Shown here piece by piece: positions 7,955-16,785 of a DNA stretch of 36,756 nucleotides (position 1 is the first letter of the stretch; each line of letters begins with the position of its first letter). The notes below the pieces were generated by a model. That model worked only from the letters and a program-made list of their open reading frames with translations. It was not told the DNA's origin and ran no database searches. This DNA comes from a virus (taxonomy: Duplodnaviria > Caudoviricetes), in IMG/VR virus record IMGVR_UViG_3300049731_000218, positions 1-36,756 of that record, one strand, 5' to 3'. The position numbers were made by a program, and so were the translations under genes.

Positions 7955-8872
7955 GTGGCGAACACCTTCATCAAGGAAAGTCAGATCGTCGACGCTGCAG
8001 CGCTACTGCTCCAGCGCGAGATCGTGCTTCCCCGCACCGTCTGGGCGCAGCCCGACGCAGCGTTCGTCGGTGCGCTCAACGACACCGTCACCCTCCGCAT
8101 CCCCGCGGTCCGCACCGCCGGAACGCGCACGATGCGGTCCAACACGGCGCTCAGCCCGACCGACCTGACCGAGACCTCGGTCCCGGTGGTCCTCGACACC
8201 CACGTCTACGACCTGCTCAACATCACCGACGAGCAACTCACGCTCGACATCATCGACTTCGCCCGCCAGGTGCTGAATCCTCAGCTCCGCGCGGTAGCCG
8301 AAGGCATGGAGGACGTGATCGCGGCGGCGCTCGCCGGCGCGAACGTGGCCGCAGGCCAGGAGCTCGACCCGATCGACACGAGCACCGCGCCCTCCTCGGG
8401 CGAGGCGTTCGCCGTCGCCGTCGCAGCACGGAAGGTCCTCAACGACCTCAACGTGCCCCGCTCCGAGCGGGTGCTCGTGCTCGGATCCGAGCTCGAGGCG
8501 TGGTTCCTCAACGACCCGGTCGTCAACAACCACAACTCGGGCAACCGCGACGCGCTCGAGGAGGCGACGATCAACCGGATCGCTGGCTTCACGATCCTCG
8601 GCTCCAACGCCGTCGGATCGGACGAGGGCTACGCGTACCACCGCACCGCGATCGGCTTCGCGAACGTCGCCCCCGCCCTGCCGGACGGCGCCGCGATGAA
8701 ATCCCGCGTCGCGACCGAGACCCTCGCCCTGCGCTACCTGCGGGACTACAACCCGACCAACTCCACCGGCCCCGTCGACCGCTCCCTCGTGGACGCGTTC
8801 GTCGGCGCCTCCTCAGTGGAGGAAGACGGGAACAACAACCGTCTCGTCGTCCTGGCCGCCCAGGGCTCCTGA
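7955..8872 (+). CDS. Major capsid protein (P22 coat-like)
   Basis: MANTF..., NDTVTLRIP, LNDLNVPRSERVLV motifs; AGGAGG SD; followed by a hairpin. Ends ...AQGS. Confidence 0.92.
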   Translation: MANTFIKESQIVDAAALLLQREIVLPRTVWAQPDAAFVGALNDTVTLRIPAVRTAGTRTMRSNTALSPTDLTETSVPVVLDTHVYDLLNITDEQLTLDIIDFARQVLNPQLRAVAEGMEDVIAAALAGANVAAGQELDPIDTSTAPSSGEAFAVAVAARKVLNDLNVPRSERVLVLGSELEAWFLNDPVVNNHNSGNRDALEEATINRIAGFTILGSNAVGSDEGYAYHRTAIGFANVAPALPDGAAMKSRVATETLALRYLRDYNPTNSTGPVDRSLVDAFVGASSVEEDGNNNRLVVLAAQGS

Positions 8873-8880
8873 CACCGTCA

Positions 8881-8902
8881 GCCGGGGGCTTCGGCCCCCG
8901 GC
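8881..8902 (+). terminator. Hairpin after capsid gene (terminator or mRNA stabiliser)
   Basis: GCCGGGGGC-TTCG-GCCCCCGGC; weak U tract. Confidence 0.65.
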
Positions 8903-8919
8903 TCTACGGGAGGTGACCC

Positions 8920-9375
8920 GTGGCCCGACCGACGCTCGCGACGCTCGACGACCTGAACGCGCGTCTCGACACGCCAGCGACCAACCCCACCCAGGCTTAC
9001 GCACGGCTCGCGGACGCATCCGAAATCGTTCGCGCCTACGCGGGCGAGGACTGGATCGACGCCGACGGAGAACCCGAAGAGGTCCCCGACCAGATCGTGG
9101 GTGTCGTCGCGCAGATGGTCGAACGCTCCTCACGCAACCCTGGAGGCGTCACCTCCGAGACCGCCGGGCCGTTCGCCCGCTCCTTCGGACCCGAAGCCGC
9201 AACCCGGCTGTACCTCACCAAGCTGGACAAGCTCATCATCCGCGCCGCGGTCGACCGCGGCCAGGTCGGCACCATCCCAACCTCCCGCGGGCCGCTCGAG
9301 ACCCCGCCCGTCATCGACGGCTACCACCTCGACCCCACCTCGGTCGAAGAGACCGACCCCTTCTCGCTCACATGA
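8920..9375 (+). CDS. Head-to-tail adaptor
   Basis: LATLDDLNARL...LADASEIVR...RNPGGVTSETAGPF...LYLT; directly after capsid. Confidence 0.85.
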   Translation: MARPTLATLDDLNARLDTPATNPTQAYARLADASEIVRAYAGEDWIDADGEPEEVPDQIVGVVAQMVERSSRNPGGVTSETAGPFARSFGPEAATRLYLTKLDKLIIRAAVDRGQVGTIPTSRGPLETPPVIDGYHLDPTSVEETDPFSLT

Positions 9376-9683
9376 TCGTCCGGGTCCGCCCAACCGGCAC
9401 CGACGTCTACGGCGACCGCGAAGCCGGCGACCCCGACCGGCTCACCATCGACAGCGCGTTCGTCGCGCCACGCCACTCGAACGAAGTCCACGACCCCGGC
9501 CGCGAGGCTGTCGTGACCGGGCTCACACTGTTCGCTCCCGTCGGTTCGGACATCGTCCACACCGACCAGGTCGAAGTCGACGGCGTGCTCTACGACATCG
9601 ACGGCGACCCCGGCACCTGGGAACACCCCTGGACCAGCTGGGCGGCAGGGATGACCGCCGAACTCACCCAGGCGACCGGATGA
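9372..9683 (+). CDS. Head-to-tail stopper
   Basis: ATGA-coupled; DVYGD...TLFAPVGSDIVHTDQVEVDGVLYDIDGDP. Confidence 0.85.
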   Translation: MIVRVRPTGTDVYGDREAGDPDRLTIDSAFVAPRHSNEVHDPGREAVVTGLTLFAPVGSDIVHTDQVEVDGVLYDIDGDPGTWEHPWTSWAAGMTAELTQATG

Positions 9684-10288
9684 TCCCCAAAGTCCTCCAC
9701 CACATCTGGATCGGTGGGCCGCTCCCCGAGCATCTCGACGGCTACGTCGACACCTGGCGCGACCACCACCCAGGATGGGACCACATCATGTGGTCCAACT
9801 TCGACTGGTTGCAGAACCAGTACTTCTACGACCACGCCGACGAGATCACCCCGCACGTCGGCCAGTTCCGCGCCGACCTCGCCCGCTACGAGATCCTCCA
9901 CCGTCACGGCGGCGTCTACGTCGACTGCGACTTCGAGTGCCGCCGACCCCTCGACGAGCTCATCGATCGGCTCGACGCGTTCGCGGCATGGGAAACCGAC
10001 GACGTGTGGGTCAACAACGCCATCATCGGAGCACGCGCCGGCCACGGGGCACTCGCTCGGGTCATCCTCTCCATCCCTATGAACGTCGCGCTCAACCGCG
10101 GCAAGCGGCCGAACGTGATGACCGGCCCCCAGTTGCTAACACCGATCTGGCGCCGCTCGACGGCGACGACGTTCCCGTCGGCGCTGTTCTACCCGTACCG
10201 GTGGGACGAGCTCGACCGGCGCGACGAGGACTTCCCCGACGCCTACGCCGTGCACCACTGGGAGAACGCCCGTAAGCGAGCCGCATGA
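9680..10288 (+). CDS. Glycosyltransferase, GT32/OCH1-like (DXD sugar-binding family)
   Basis: MIPKVLHHIWIG, RADLARYEILHRHGGVYVDCD, TGP, YAVHHW signature motifs. Confidence 0.92.
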   Translation: MIPKVLHHIWIGGPLPEHLDGYVDTWRDHHPGWDHIMWSNFDWLQNQYFYDHADEITPHVGQFRADLARYEILHRHGGVYVDCDFECRRPLDELIDRLDAFAAWETDDVWVNNAIIGARAGHGALARVILSIPMNVALNRGKRPNVMTGPQLLTPIWRRSTATTFPSALFYPYRWDELDRRDEDFPDAYAVHHWENARKRAA

Positions 10289-10938
10289 TCTGCGACATCG
10301 CCGCCTTCGGCCTGCGCTACCGCATCAACGACCCCGGCGGCCGGGTCGGCTCGAAGGTCACCAACGGCGAACCCTACGAGCGACGCCTCCTCGTCGACAT
10401 CCACCAGCACAACCTCGCCGGGACCGCGTTCGACGTCGGGGCGCACGTCGGGAACCACTCCCTCTACCTCGCCGCCATCTGCGGGCTTCGCGTCCACGCC
10501 TGGGAACCACACGACCAGTCCCGCCACCAGCTCGAAGCAAACCTCGCCCTCAACCCCGGCCTCGACATCACCGTCCACGCCTGGGCCGCAGGCGCCCGCG
10601 TCGCACGCGGCCGACTCACCCCCGGCCGCTGGGTCGAGTTCGACCCCGCCCGCGACGGCGCCAACCTCAAGCTCGATCGCGGCCACGTCCGCGTCCGACC
10701 GATCGACAGCTACCTCGACGTCTCCGACCTCGCCGTTCTCAAGGTCGACGTCGAAGGGATGGAAGCGGCCGTCCTCGAAGGCGCACTCGACCACATCGAA
10801 CGATGCCGACCGCTGATCTACACCGAGACCCACACCGACCAGTCCCACGACAGCGTCGCCCAGCTCCTCGAGCCGCTCGGCTACGAGATGACCCGGGCGA
10901 TCCACATGGGCTCGACGATGGAGCGCTGGAGCCCATGA
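10285..10938 (+). CDS. FkbM-family SAM-dependent methyltransferase
   Basis: FDVGAHVGNHS, WEP, LKVDVEGMEAAVLEGA...RPLIYTE. Confidence 0.92.
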   Translation: MICDIAAFGLRYRINDPGGRVGSKVTNGEPYERRLLVDIHQHNLAGTAFDVGAHVGNHSLYLAAICGLRVHAWEPHDQSRHQLEANLALNPGLDITVHAWAAGARVARGRLTPGRWVEFDPARDGANLKLDRGHVRVRPIDSYLDVSDLAVLKVDVEGMEAAVLEGALDHIERCRPLIYTETHTDQSHDSVAQLLEPLGYEMTRAIHMGSTMERWSP

Positions 10939-11489
10939 TCCTCGAAGACGCCGTCGGCCTCCTCAACCCCGGCATCGGCGACGCCCTCCACGACCTCGCC
11001 ACCGAGGTCCCCGCCAACCAGGCGATCGTCGAAATCGGCTCCTACAAAGGCAAGAGCACCGCCTACCTTGCCGCCGGCTCGAAGGCCGGGCAAGGCGTCC
11101 CCGTGTACGCCGTCGACCCCTGGGACCTCCCCGGCAACATCGCCGGCAAACACGGATTCACCGACCCCGAGGTGCGCGAAGCGTTCGAGAAGCAGCTCCG
11201 CGCTCTTCGTCTCTGGTCGCGGGTCACCCCGATCCGGGCGTTCAGCACCGACGCCGCACACGCATGGGACGGGCCGCTCGTGGGGCTGCTGTTCATCGAC
11301 GGCGACCACGACGAGGAATCAGTCCGCGCCGACCTCGAGGCATGGGTCCCGCATCTCGCGCCCTCCCATGTCGTCGCCTTCGACGACTACGCGACCCGAC
11401 GGAACCCTGGCGTGCGCGCCGTGGTCGACACGCTCGTCGGCTACCGCGTCAAGATCGTCGCCGAGCACCTCGCGGTCTGTCGACTGTGA
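10935..11489 (+). CDS. Class I SAM-dependent O-methyltransferase (Methyltransf_24-like)
   Basis: IVEIGSYKGKST, YAVDPW, LLFIDGDH, VAFDDY, NPGVRAVVD. Confidence 0.9.
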   Translation: MILEDAVGLLNPGIGDALHDLATEVPANQAIVEIGSYKGKSTAYLAAGSKAGQGVPVYAVDPWDLPGNIAGKHGFTDPEVREAFEKQLRALRLWSRVTPIRAFSTDAAHAWDGPLVGLLFIDGDHDEESVRADLEAWVPHLAPSHVVAFDDYATRRNPGVRAVVDTLVGYRVKIVAEHLAVCRL

Positions 11490-12184
11490 CCCTGTCGGTC
11501 GTGGTGATGGCCCACCCACGCCGCGAGGCGATGGTCACCGAGCTCGTCGAGTCCCTCGACCGTCCGGCGCAGGTGGTGTGGGACGAACACAACGACCGCC
11601 ACGACACCGGGATCCGCGCCATGTGCGCCTACGACCCGGCCGCAACTCATCACCTCGTCATCCAAGACGACGCCGTCGCCTGCAGAGACCTCCTCGCCGG
11701 CACCGAACAAGCGCTCGAGCACGTCCCCGCCGACGCGCCCGTCAGCTTGTACGTCGGACGGGTTCGCCCGTTCCGACGCAGCGTCGAGCGAGCCGTCGAA
11801 GCCGCTGGTGACGGGGTGTCGTGGCTCACGATGGAGGGCGTCTACTGGGGACCCGCCATCGTCGTTCCCACAGCCACAATCGACGACCTTGCCGCCTGGT
11901 ATCGGCACTCCACCATCCAGAACTACGACCGTCGCGTGTCGCGGTGGTTCGAGAAGCACGGGACCGCCTGCTGGTACTCGTGGCCCTCCCTCGTCGATCA
12001 CCGCGGCGACGACTCGCTCGTCACCGGCCACAACCAGCGGCGCACTGCCCACCGCTTCGCCGGCACCGACGTCTCCGCCTTGTCGGTCGACTGGTCAGGA
12101 GAGGTAGTGCCTATCGGCGACACCGCCCGCCTCGACCGGTCACGCCAACGCCTCGCCCAGCAAGCCGGGAGGGTCGCCCGATGA
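11486..12184 (+). CDS. Glycosyltransferase (GT-A fold, GT2/GT25-like)
   Basis: LSVVVMAHPRR, HHLVIQDDAV, PSLVDHRG motifs, as seen in actinophage glycosyltransferases. Confidence 0.8.
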   Translation: MTLSVVVMAHPRREAMVTELVESLDRPAQVVWDEHNDRHDTGIRAMCAYDPAATHHLVIQDDAVACRDLLAGTEQALEHVPADAPVSLYVGRVRPFRRSVERAVEAAGDGVSWLTMEGVYWGPAIVVPTATIDDLAAWYRHSTIQNYDRRVSRWFEKHGTACWYSWPSLVDHRGDDSLVTGHNQRRTAHRFAGTDVSALSVDWSGEVVPIGDTARLDRSRQRLAQQAGRVAR

Positions 12185-12444
12185 GAGCCACCTACAAGCC
12201 CGACCGGCGCGGCACCGCGCAACTCCTCAAGGACCCCGAGCTGGCGAAACTCGTCCACCGCAACGCCGAGAAGATCGCCGACAACCTCGACCCCGACCTC
12301 GACATCGTCGTCGACGACTACACGACCGACCGCGTCGCGTCCTCCGTCACCATCCGCGAACCCCAGGCGCTGCTCCTCCAGGCCCGCGACGGGACTCTCA
12401 CCCGCGCCGCCGCCGCCGCCGGACTCGAGGTGCGCAAGCAATGA
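12181..12444 (+). CDS. Neck/tail completion protein
   Basis: YTTDR...QARDGTLTRAAAAAGLEV; lies before the tail terminator. Confidence 0.7.
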   Translation: MRATYKPDRRGTAQLLKDPELAKLVHRNAEKIADNLDPDLDIVVDDYTTDRVASSVTIREPQALLLQARDGTLTRAAAAAGLEVRKQ

Positions 12445-12860
12445 CGCGACCACAGGTGACATTCCCCGACGCGCAACGAGCCGTCGTCGATCTGCTCACC
12501 GAACTGCTCGACGACGCCGGCGAGACCGTCACCGTCGCGGTCGGCGTGCCGAACGGGTGGAAGCCGGGCACGACCTCACATCTCGAGGTCGCCTCGGACG
12601 GCACCCCCGACCAGACCTGGCCCGTCGTCGCGTACCCGACCATCCGCATCGTCGCTCGCGCGTCCACCACAACCGAAGCGAAGCGCCTCGCCGCGCTCGC
12701 CGAGGGGCTCCTCGTCGCGTACGGCGGCGGCGACACGATCTCCACCATCCGACCCCTGACCGGCGTGCTCCCCGCACGCGACGACCAGACCAACGCAGAA
12801 ATCGCGTCGGTGACCCTCCGGGTAGCCGTCCGATCCGAACCCGCCAACAGCGGAAGCTAG
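12441..12860 (+). CDS. Tail terminator
   Basis: FPDAQRAVVDLL...VASDGTP; directly before the major tail gene. Ends ...NSGS. Confidence 0.78.
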   Translation: MTRPQVTFPDAQRAVVDLLTELLDDAGETVTVAVGVPNGWKPGTTSHLEVASDGTPDQTWPVVAYPTIRIVARASTTTEAKRLAALAEGLLVAYGGGDTISTIRPLTGVLPARDDQTNAEIASVTLRVAVRSEPANSGS

Positions 12861-12868
12861 GAGGCATC

Positions 12869-13390
12869 ATGGCCGGCGATCCGGCGAATGCAGATCATTG
12901 GACCGAGGCTGACGTGTACGTCGGCTCGCTGGTCGCAGCAACCCCTGCCGACGAGGACACCCCGTTCTCGGCGGACTGGGATCTTGTGGGCCTGCTCGAC
13001 GGCGACGCCGGCTTCGAGCACACCCGCGAGGAAGACCAGACCGACCGGTTCGCGTGGGGCGGCATCCTCGTACGCACCCTGCGACGCAACTTCAAGTACA
13101 CCGTCGCCTTCACCCCGCTCGAGTACAACGCGACGACACGCTCGCTGCTGTGGCCCGGGTCCGGCCCGGGCGAGCTGATCGTGCCGCGGCCGGCACGCAT
13201 CAAGATCGCGTTCGAGACGCGCGAGGGGACCGCGGTTCGTCGCCTCATCTCGTCCTACCAGGCCGAGGTCGCGGTCAACGGCTCCTACAGCGAGACCGAG
13301 AGCGACGTCACGGTCTACCCGCTCATCGCCACGATCTTCCCCGACGCCGATGGTGTGCTGTTCGACGAACAGCCGAACCCGGCATCGTGA
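12869..13390 (+). CDS. Major tail (tube) protein
   Basis: MAGDPANADHWTEADVY...WDLVGLLDGDAGF...AWGG; AGGAGG SD. Ends ...NPAS. Confidence 0.9.
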   Translation: MAGDPANADHWTEADVYVGSLVAATPADEDTPFSADWDLVGLLDGDAGFEHTREEDQTDRFAWGGILVRTLRRNFKYTVAFTPLEYNATTRSLLWPGSGPGELIVPRPARIKIAFETREGTAVRRLISSYQAEVAVNGSYSETESDVTVYPLIATIFPDADGVLFDEQPNPAS

Positions 13391-13677
13391 GCGACCCGGT
13401 ACGCGTCGAGGCCGACGGGCTCACGCAGTCGACGATCTGGGAGGGCATCGAGGTTGTGGTGCCCTCCTCGGTCGACGAGTGGGACATGGACGCGCTCGAA
13501 GCGTTCGAGAACGCCAAAGGCGCAACGTTTCTCGTCAACCTCGTCGGGCGCAGCACGTACGACGAGATGTGTCGGGCGTTCATCCGCAACCACGGCCGCA
13601 AACCGAAGGTCTCCGACTTCGCCGTGTTCACCGAACAGGTCGCCAAGCTCTACGGCTTCGGTGACGCGGGGGAATAG
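13387..13677 (+). CDS. Tail assembly chaperone (G)
   Basis: Lies between tail tube and tape measure; ends GCG GGG GAA TAG. Confidence 0.85.
   Translation: MSDPVRVEADGLTQSTIWEGIEVVVPSSVDEWDMDALEAFENAKGATFLVNLVGRSTYDEMCRAFIRNHGRKPKVSDFAVFTEQVAKLYGFGDAGE
13668..13674 (+). other. -1 programmed frameshift slippery site GGGGGAA
   Basis: A -1 shift gives GGA ATA GCC GGC CTC..., in frame with ORF 13716..14057. Confidence 0.85.
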
Positions 13678-14057
13678 CCGGCCTCCTCGCCATCCTGCGA
13701 GAGCAGCGCGACGCGTTGGAGGCCGACCTTGCTCGCTTCTACCACTGCGACCTTCGCGACCTCTACCGCTTCGACGCGGACGGCGTCCGACGGTTGACGT
13801 TGCGCATGGTGCTGGTCCGCGTCAAGCACCTCCCTGCCGACTCCGCGCTCGGCGGTGGGTGGACGCGGTCCGAACATCTTCTCGACGAGCTCCGACGCCA
13901 AGTGGCCGGCTCCGCGGGCGTGAAGAACCCCAAGCCGCACCCGGATCGGCCGAAACGGAAGCCGCGACGGATGACCAAACAGCGCAAGGCGAAGCTCGAC
14001 GACGCCCGCCGGCGGGCCCGAGAGCGACGCAAAGCGATCGCCGAAGGGAGGCTCTGA
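13674..14057 (+). CDS. Tail assembly chaperone, frameshifted extension (GT)
   Basis: IAGLLAILREQRDALEADLARFYHCDLRDLY...HLPADSAL...; open from the slippery site. Confidence 0.85.
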   Translation: MAGLLAILREQRDALEADLARFYHCDLRDLYRFDADGVRRLTLRMVLVRVKHLPADSALGGGWTRSEHLLDELRRQVAGSAGVKNPKPHPDRPKRKPRRMTKQRKAKLDDARRRARERRKAIAEGRL

Positions 14058-14058
14058 C

Positions 14059-16320
14059 GTGACGACAGTCGGCTACGCCTCCATCCCGGTCATCCCGTCA
14101 TTCAAGGGCTTCCAGCAGGCGATCGGCAAAGAACTGTCCGGCTCACTCCGACCGCTCTCCCGTGCCGCGGAGAACGTTGGCGAGTCGATCGGCGCGTCGT
14201 TGGCCGACGGCGTCAAGGGCGCCGGCCTGGCCGATCTCGGCCGCGACGCAGCGTCGTTCACACGCGACCTCGAACGGGCCGAACGCGACGTCGCCTCCCT
14301 CACCGCCGAGCTCAAGGAGAAACGGACCCTCGAGATCGACACCGGCGACCTCGAGGCCAAGCTCGCCCGAGCGAAGCAAGAAGTGGCGTCGGCCAAGTCG
14401 GCTCTCGAGCAGAAGATCCGATTGGACCTCGACACAGGGTCGCTGGCCACCCAGGGCGAACGGGCGGGGTCGGACCTCGGCGGCGGGGTCACCGAAGGTC
14501 TTAGCTCCAAAAGTTCCGAGATCTCGTCGGTCATCACCGGTGTCGTCGCGTCCGCGGGCGTGGCCGCCGGTGTGCTCGCGGGCGTCGCGATCGTCGACGG
14601 CATAAGCGACGCGATCCAGCGCGGTGTCGAGTCCGACCTTCTCGCCGCACAGGTCGGCATCTTCAACCCCGACGAGCAGCAACGGCTTGGAGCAATCGCC
14701 GGAGGCTTGTACGCCGACGCATTCGGCGAAAGCGTCGGCGAGATCAACGACACGCTCCGTGCCATCCTCACCACCAACATTCTCCCAGAGGACGCCGGTG
14801 ACGCCGAGCTGCGAGCGCTAGCCGAGAAGTTCCTCAACTTCCAGACGACATTCTCCGCTGACGCCACCGAAACGGCACGCGCGGTCGCAACCCTCGTCCG
14901 CACCGGTCTGGTCGGCGGGGTCGACGAAGCGTTCGACCTACTGACCCGAGGCTTCCAGGAGACCGGCGACCCGGCGCAAGACCTGCTCGACACGGTCAAC
15001 GAGTACTCGACCCAGTTCCGCAAGCTCGGCCTCGGCGGGGCTGCAGCCCTCGGGCTGCTCGACCAAGGCTTCGACGCCGGCGCGCGCGACCTCGACATCG
15101 TCGCCGACGCCTTCAAGGAGTTCAGCATCCGCGCCGTCGACGGGACGGAACTGACCGCGCAAGGCTTCGCCGCACTCGGGCTCGACGCCCGCGAGATGGC
15201 CGAACGCATCGGCGCCGGTGGCGAATCCGCGGCCAGCGCGCTCGACGAGACGCTTGACAAGCTCCGCGCCATCGAAGACCCCGTCAAGAGGTCCCAAACG
15301 GCGGTAGCGCTGTTCGGCACCCAAGCCGAAGACCTCGGCGACGCACTGTTCGCGTTGGACCCCTCCGAAGCGGCCGCGAGGCTCGGCAAGCTCGACTCGG
15401 CCGCAGTCGACACCGGCAACGTCCTCAACGACAACCTCGGAACGGCGCTGGAATCCATCCGACGCAAGCTCGAGCCCGGCTCGCTTCTCGCCGCGTTCCA
15501 AACCGGCGGGTTCGAGGGCGTCAAGTCCCAACTGTCGGCGGTCGTCGACGAGCTGTCCGCGTTGTGGGACCGGTACGGCACCCAAGCCCTCGACGCGCTC
15601 GGCCGCGGCTGGGACGCGCTCATGGAGTGGTGGAACGCGAACGGCGAGACACGTGTGCTCGCCCCGCTGCGAACGTGGTGGGACGAAACGGGAGCCCCTG
15701 CGCTGTCGAGCATCCTGACAGGGGTGTTCCAATCCGCCGGCACCGCAGCGGCGGCCGTTCTCACCTCGGGCGAGTTCTGGGGGACCGTGTTCTCGATCTG
15801 GAAGACCAACGTGTTGACCCAGTCGAAAGTGGTGGTCGACGCGCTGAAATGGTTCGCCGGGATCGCAGTCGAATCGTGGTGGGGGATCGTCACGCAAGTG
15901 CCGACACACGTCGCCGGGCTGATGTTCGAGGCCTACAAGGCGGTGTTCCTGAACCCGTTGTGGTGGGTTCTGAACACGATGATCGACCTGTGGAACTCGT
16001 TGGACTTCGGCGTGTCGATCTCCGACTGGGTCCCGTTCATCGGAGGCCGTTCGATCGACGACGTGTTCCCCGACGTCCCCCGACTGCCGAAACTGCACAG
16101 CGGCGGGATGATCCCCGGCAACGCCAACGACGAGATGCTCGCCATCCTCCAAGGCGGCGAGAGGGTCCTCTCCCGCTCCGAGGTCGCCGCCGGCTCCACG
16201 GGCGCGGGGTTCTCCGTCGGTGCGATCATGATCAACGAGACACGCAACCCCCGCGCCACCGCAGAACAGACGGTCCGCCGGTTCCGGGACATGGAGTTCT
16301 TGATCAGGGGGGCAGCCTGA
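14059..16320 (+). CDS. Tape measure protein
   Basis: 753 aa, Ala/Gly-rich; VGYASIPVIPSFKGF start, DLLDTVNEYSTQF, ADAFKEFSIR, ALFGTQAEDLG. Confidence 0.93.
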   Translation: MTTVGYASIPVIPSFKGFQQAIGKELSGSLRPLSRAAENVGESIGASLADGVKGAGLADLGRDAASFTRDLERAERDVASLTAELKEKRTLEIDTGDLEAKLARAKQEVASAKSALEQKIRLDLDTGSLATQGERAGSDLGGGVTEGLSSKSSEISSVITGVVASAGVAAGVLAGVAIVDGISDAIQRGVESDLLAAQVGIFNPDEQQRLGAIAGGLYADAFGESVGEINDTLRAILTTNILPEDAGDAELRALAEKFLNFQTTFSADATETARAVATLVRTGLVGGVDEAFDLLTRGFQETGDPAQDLLDTVNEYSTQFRKLGLGGAAALGLLDQGFDAGARDLDIVADAFKEFSIRAVDGTELTAQGFAALGLDAREMAERIGAGGESAASALDETLDKLRAIEDPVKRSQTAVALFGTQAEDLGDALFALDPSEAAARLGKLDSAAVDTGNVLNDNLGTALESIRRKLEPGSLLAAFQTGGFEGVKSQLSAVVDELSALWDRYGTQALDALGRGWDALMEWWNANGETRVLAPLRTWWDETGAPALSSILTGVFQSAGTAAAAVLTSGEFWGTVFSIWKTNVLTQSKVVVDALKWFAGIAVESWWGIVTQVPTHVAGLMFEAYKAVFLNPLWWVLNTMIDLWNSLDFGVSISDWVPFIGGRSIDDVFPDVPRLPKLHSGGMIPGNANDEMLAILQGGERVLSRSEVAAGSTGAGFSVGAIMINETRNPRATAEQTVRRFRDMEFLIRGAA

Positions 16321-16785
16321 ATGCCCTACGTGATCACCGAGGAGCTCTACGCGTCGATCGACGGCGTTCCGCTCGACACGCCAGCGTGGTCCCACGCCAA
16401 CCGCATGGAGCTCTGGGACCCGGCAGCGCGCCGCGGCGGTGAAGGCACGATCATCCCGCTCGACCCGGGGCGCATCGCGAACCCCGCACGAGCGGACGAG
16501 ACGGAACGCTCCATCCGGCTCGACGTCGAGAACCACCTCGACTGGGAAGGCAACCCGCACACCGACCTCCGCTACGGCTGGATCCGCAACATCGGCCACC
16601 TGAAAGACGAGATCGTCGCTGACCCCGGTGGAGACGGCACCCGGCTGTTGCTCCTCGAGCTCGGCGACGAAGGCACATGGTCCGCCGAGGTGGTGGTGAC
16701 AGGGATGGAATCCGACGAGGTGTCCGGCGCGGCCGTGATCACGATCCGCGTCAACGAGGGCGAACTGATGCTCTCCGGTAGCTGA
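16321..16785 (+). CDS. Minor tail protein (distal tail-like)
   Basis: Immediately follows the tape measure; 154 aa. Ends ...LSGS. Confidence 0.65.
   Translation: MPYVITEELYASIDGVPLDTPAWSHANRMELWDPAARRGGEGTIIPLDPGRIANPARADETERSIRLDVENHLDWEGNPHTDLRYGWIRNIGHLKDEIVADPGGDGTRLLLLELGDEGTWSAEVVVTGMESDEVSGAAVITIRVNEGELMLSGS

Noticed and set aside
10285-11489. Methyltransferases as DNA methylases of a restriction-modification system
   Set aside because: They lack DPPY/NPPY or PCQ catalytic motifs. Their motifs match FkbM and small-molecule/sugar O-methyltransferases.
13668-13674. Tail chaperone frameshift as a novelty or sequencing error
   Set aside because: It is the standard programmed -1 frameshift of long-tailed phages, so it is listed as a feature only.
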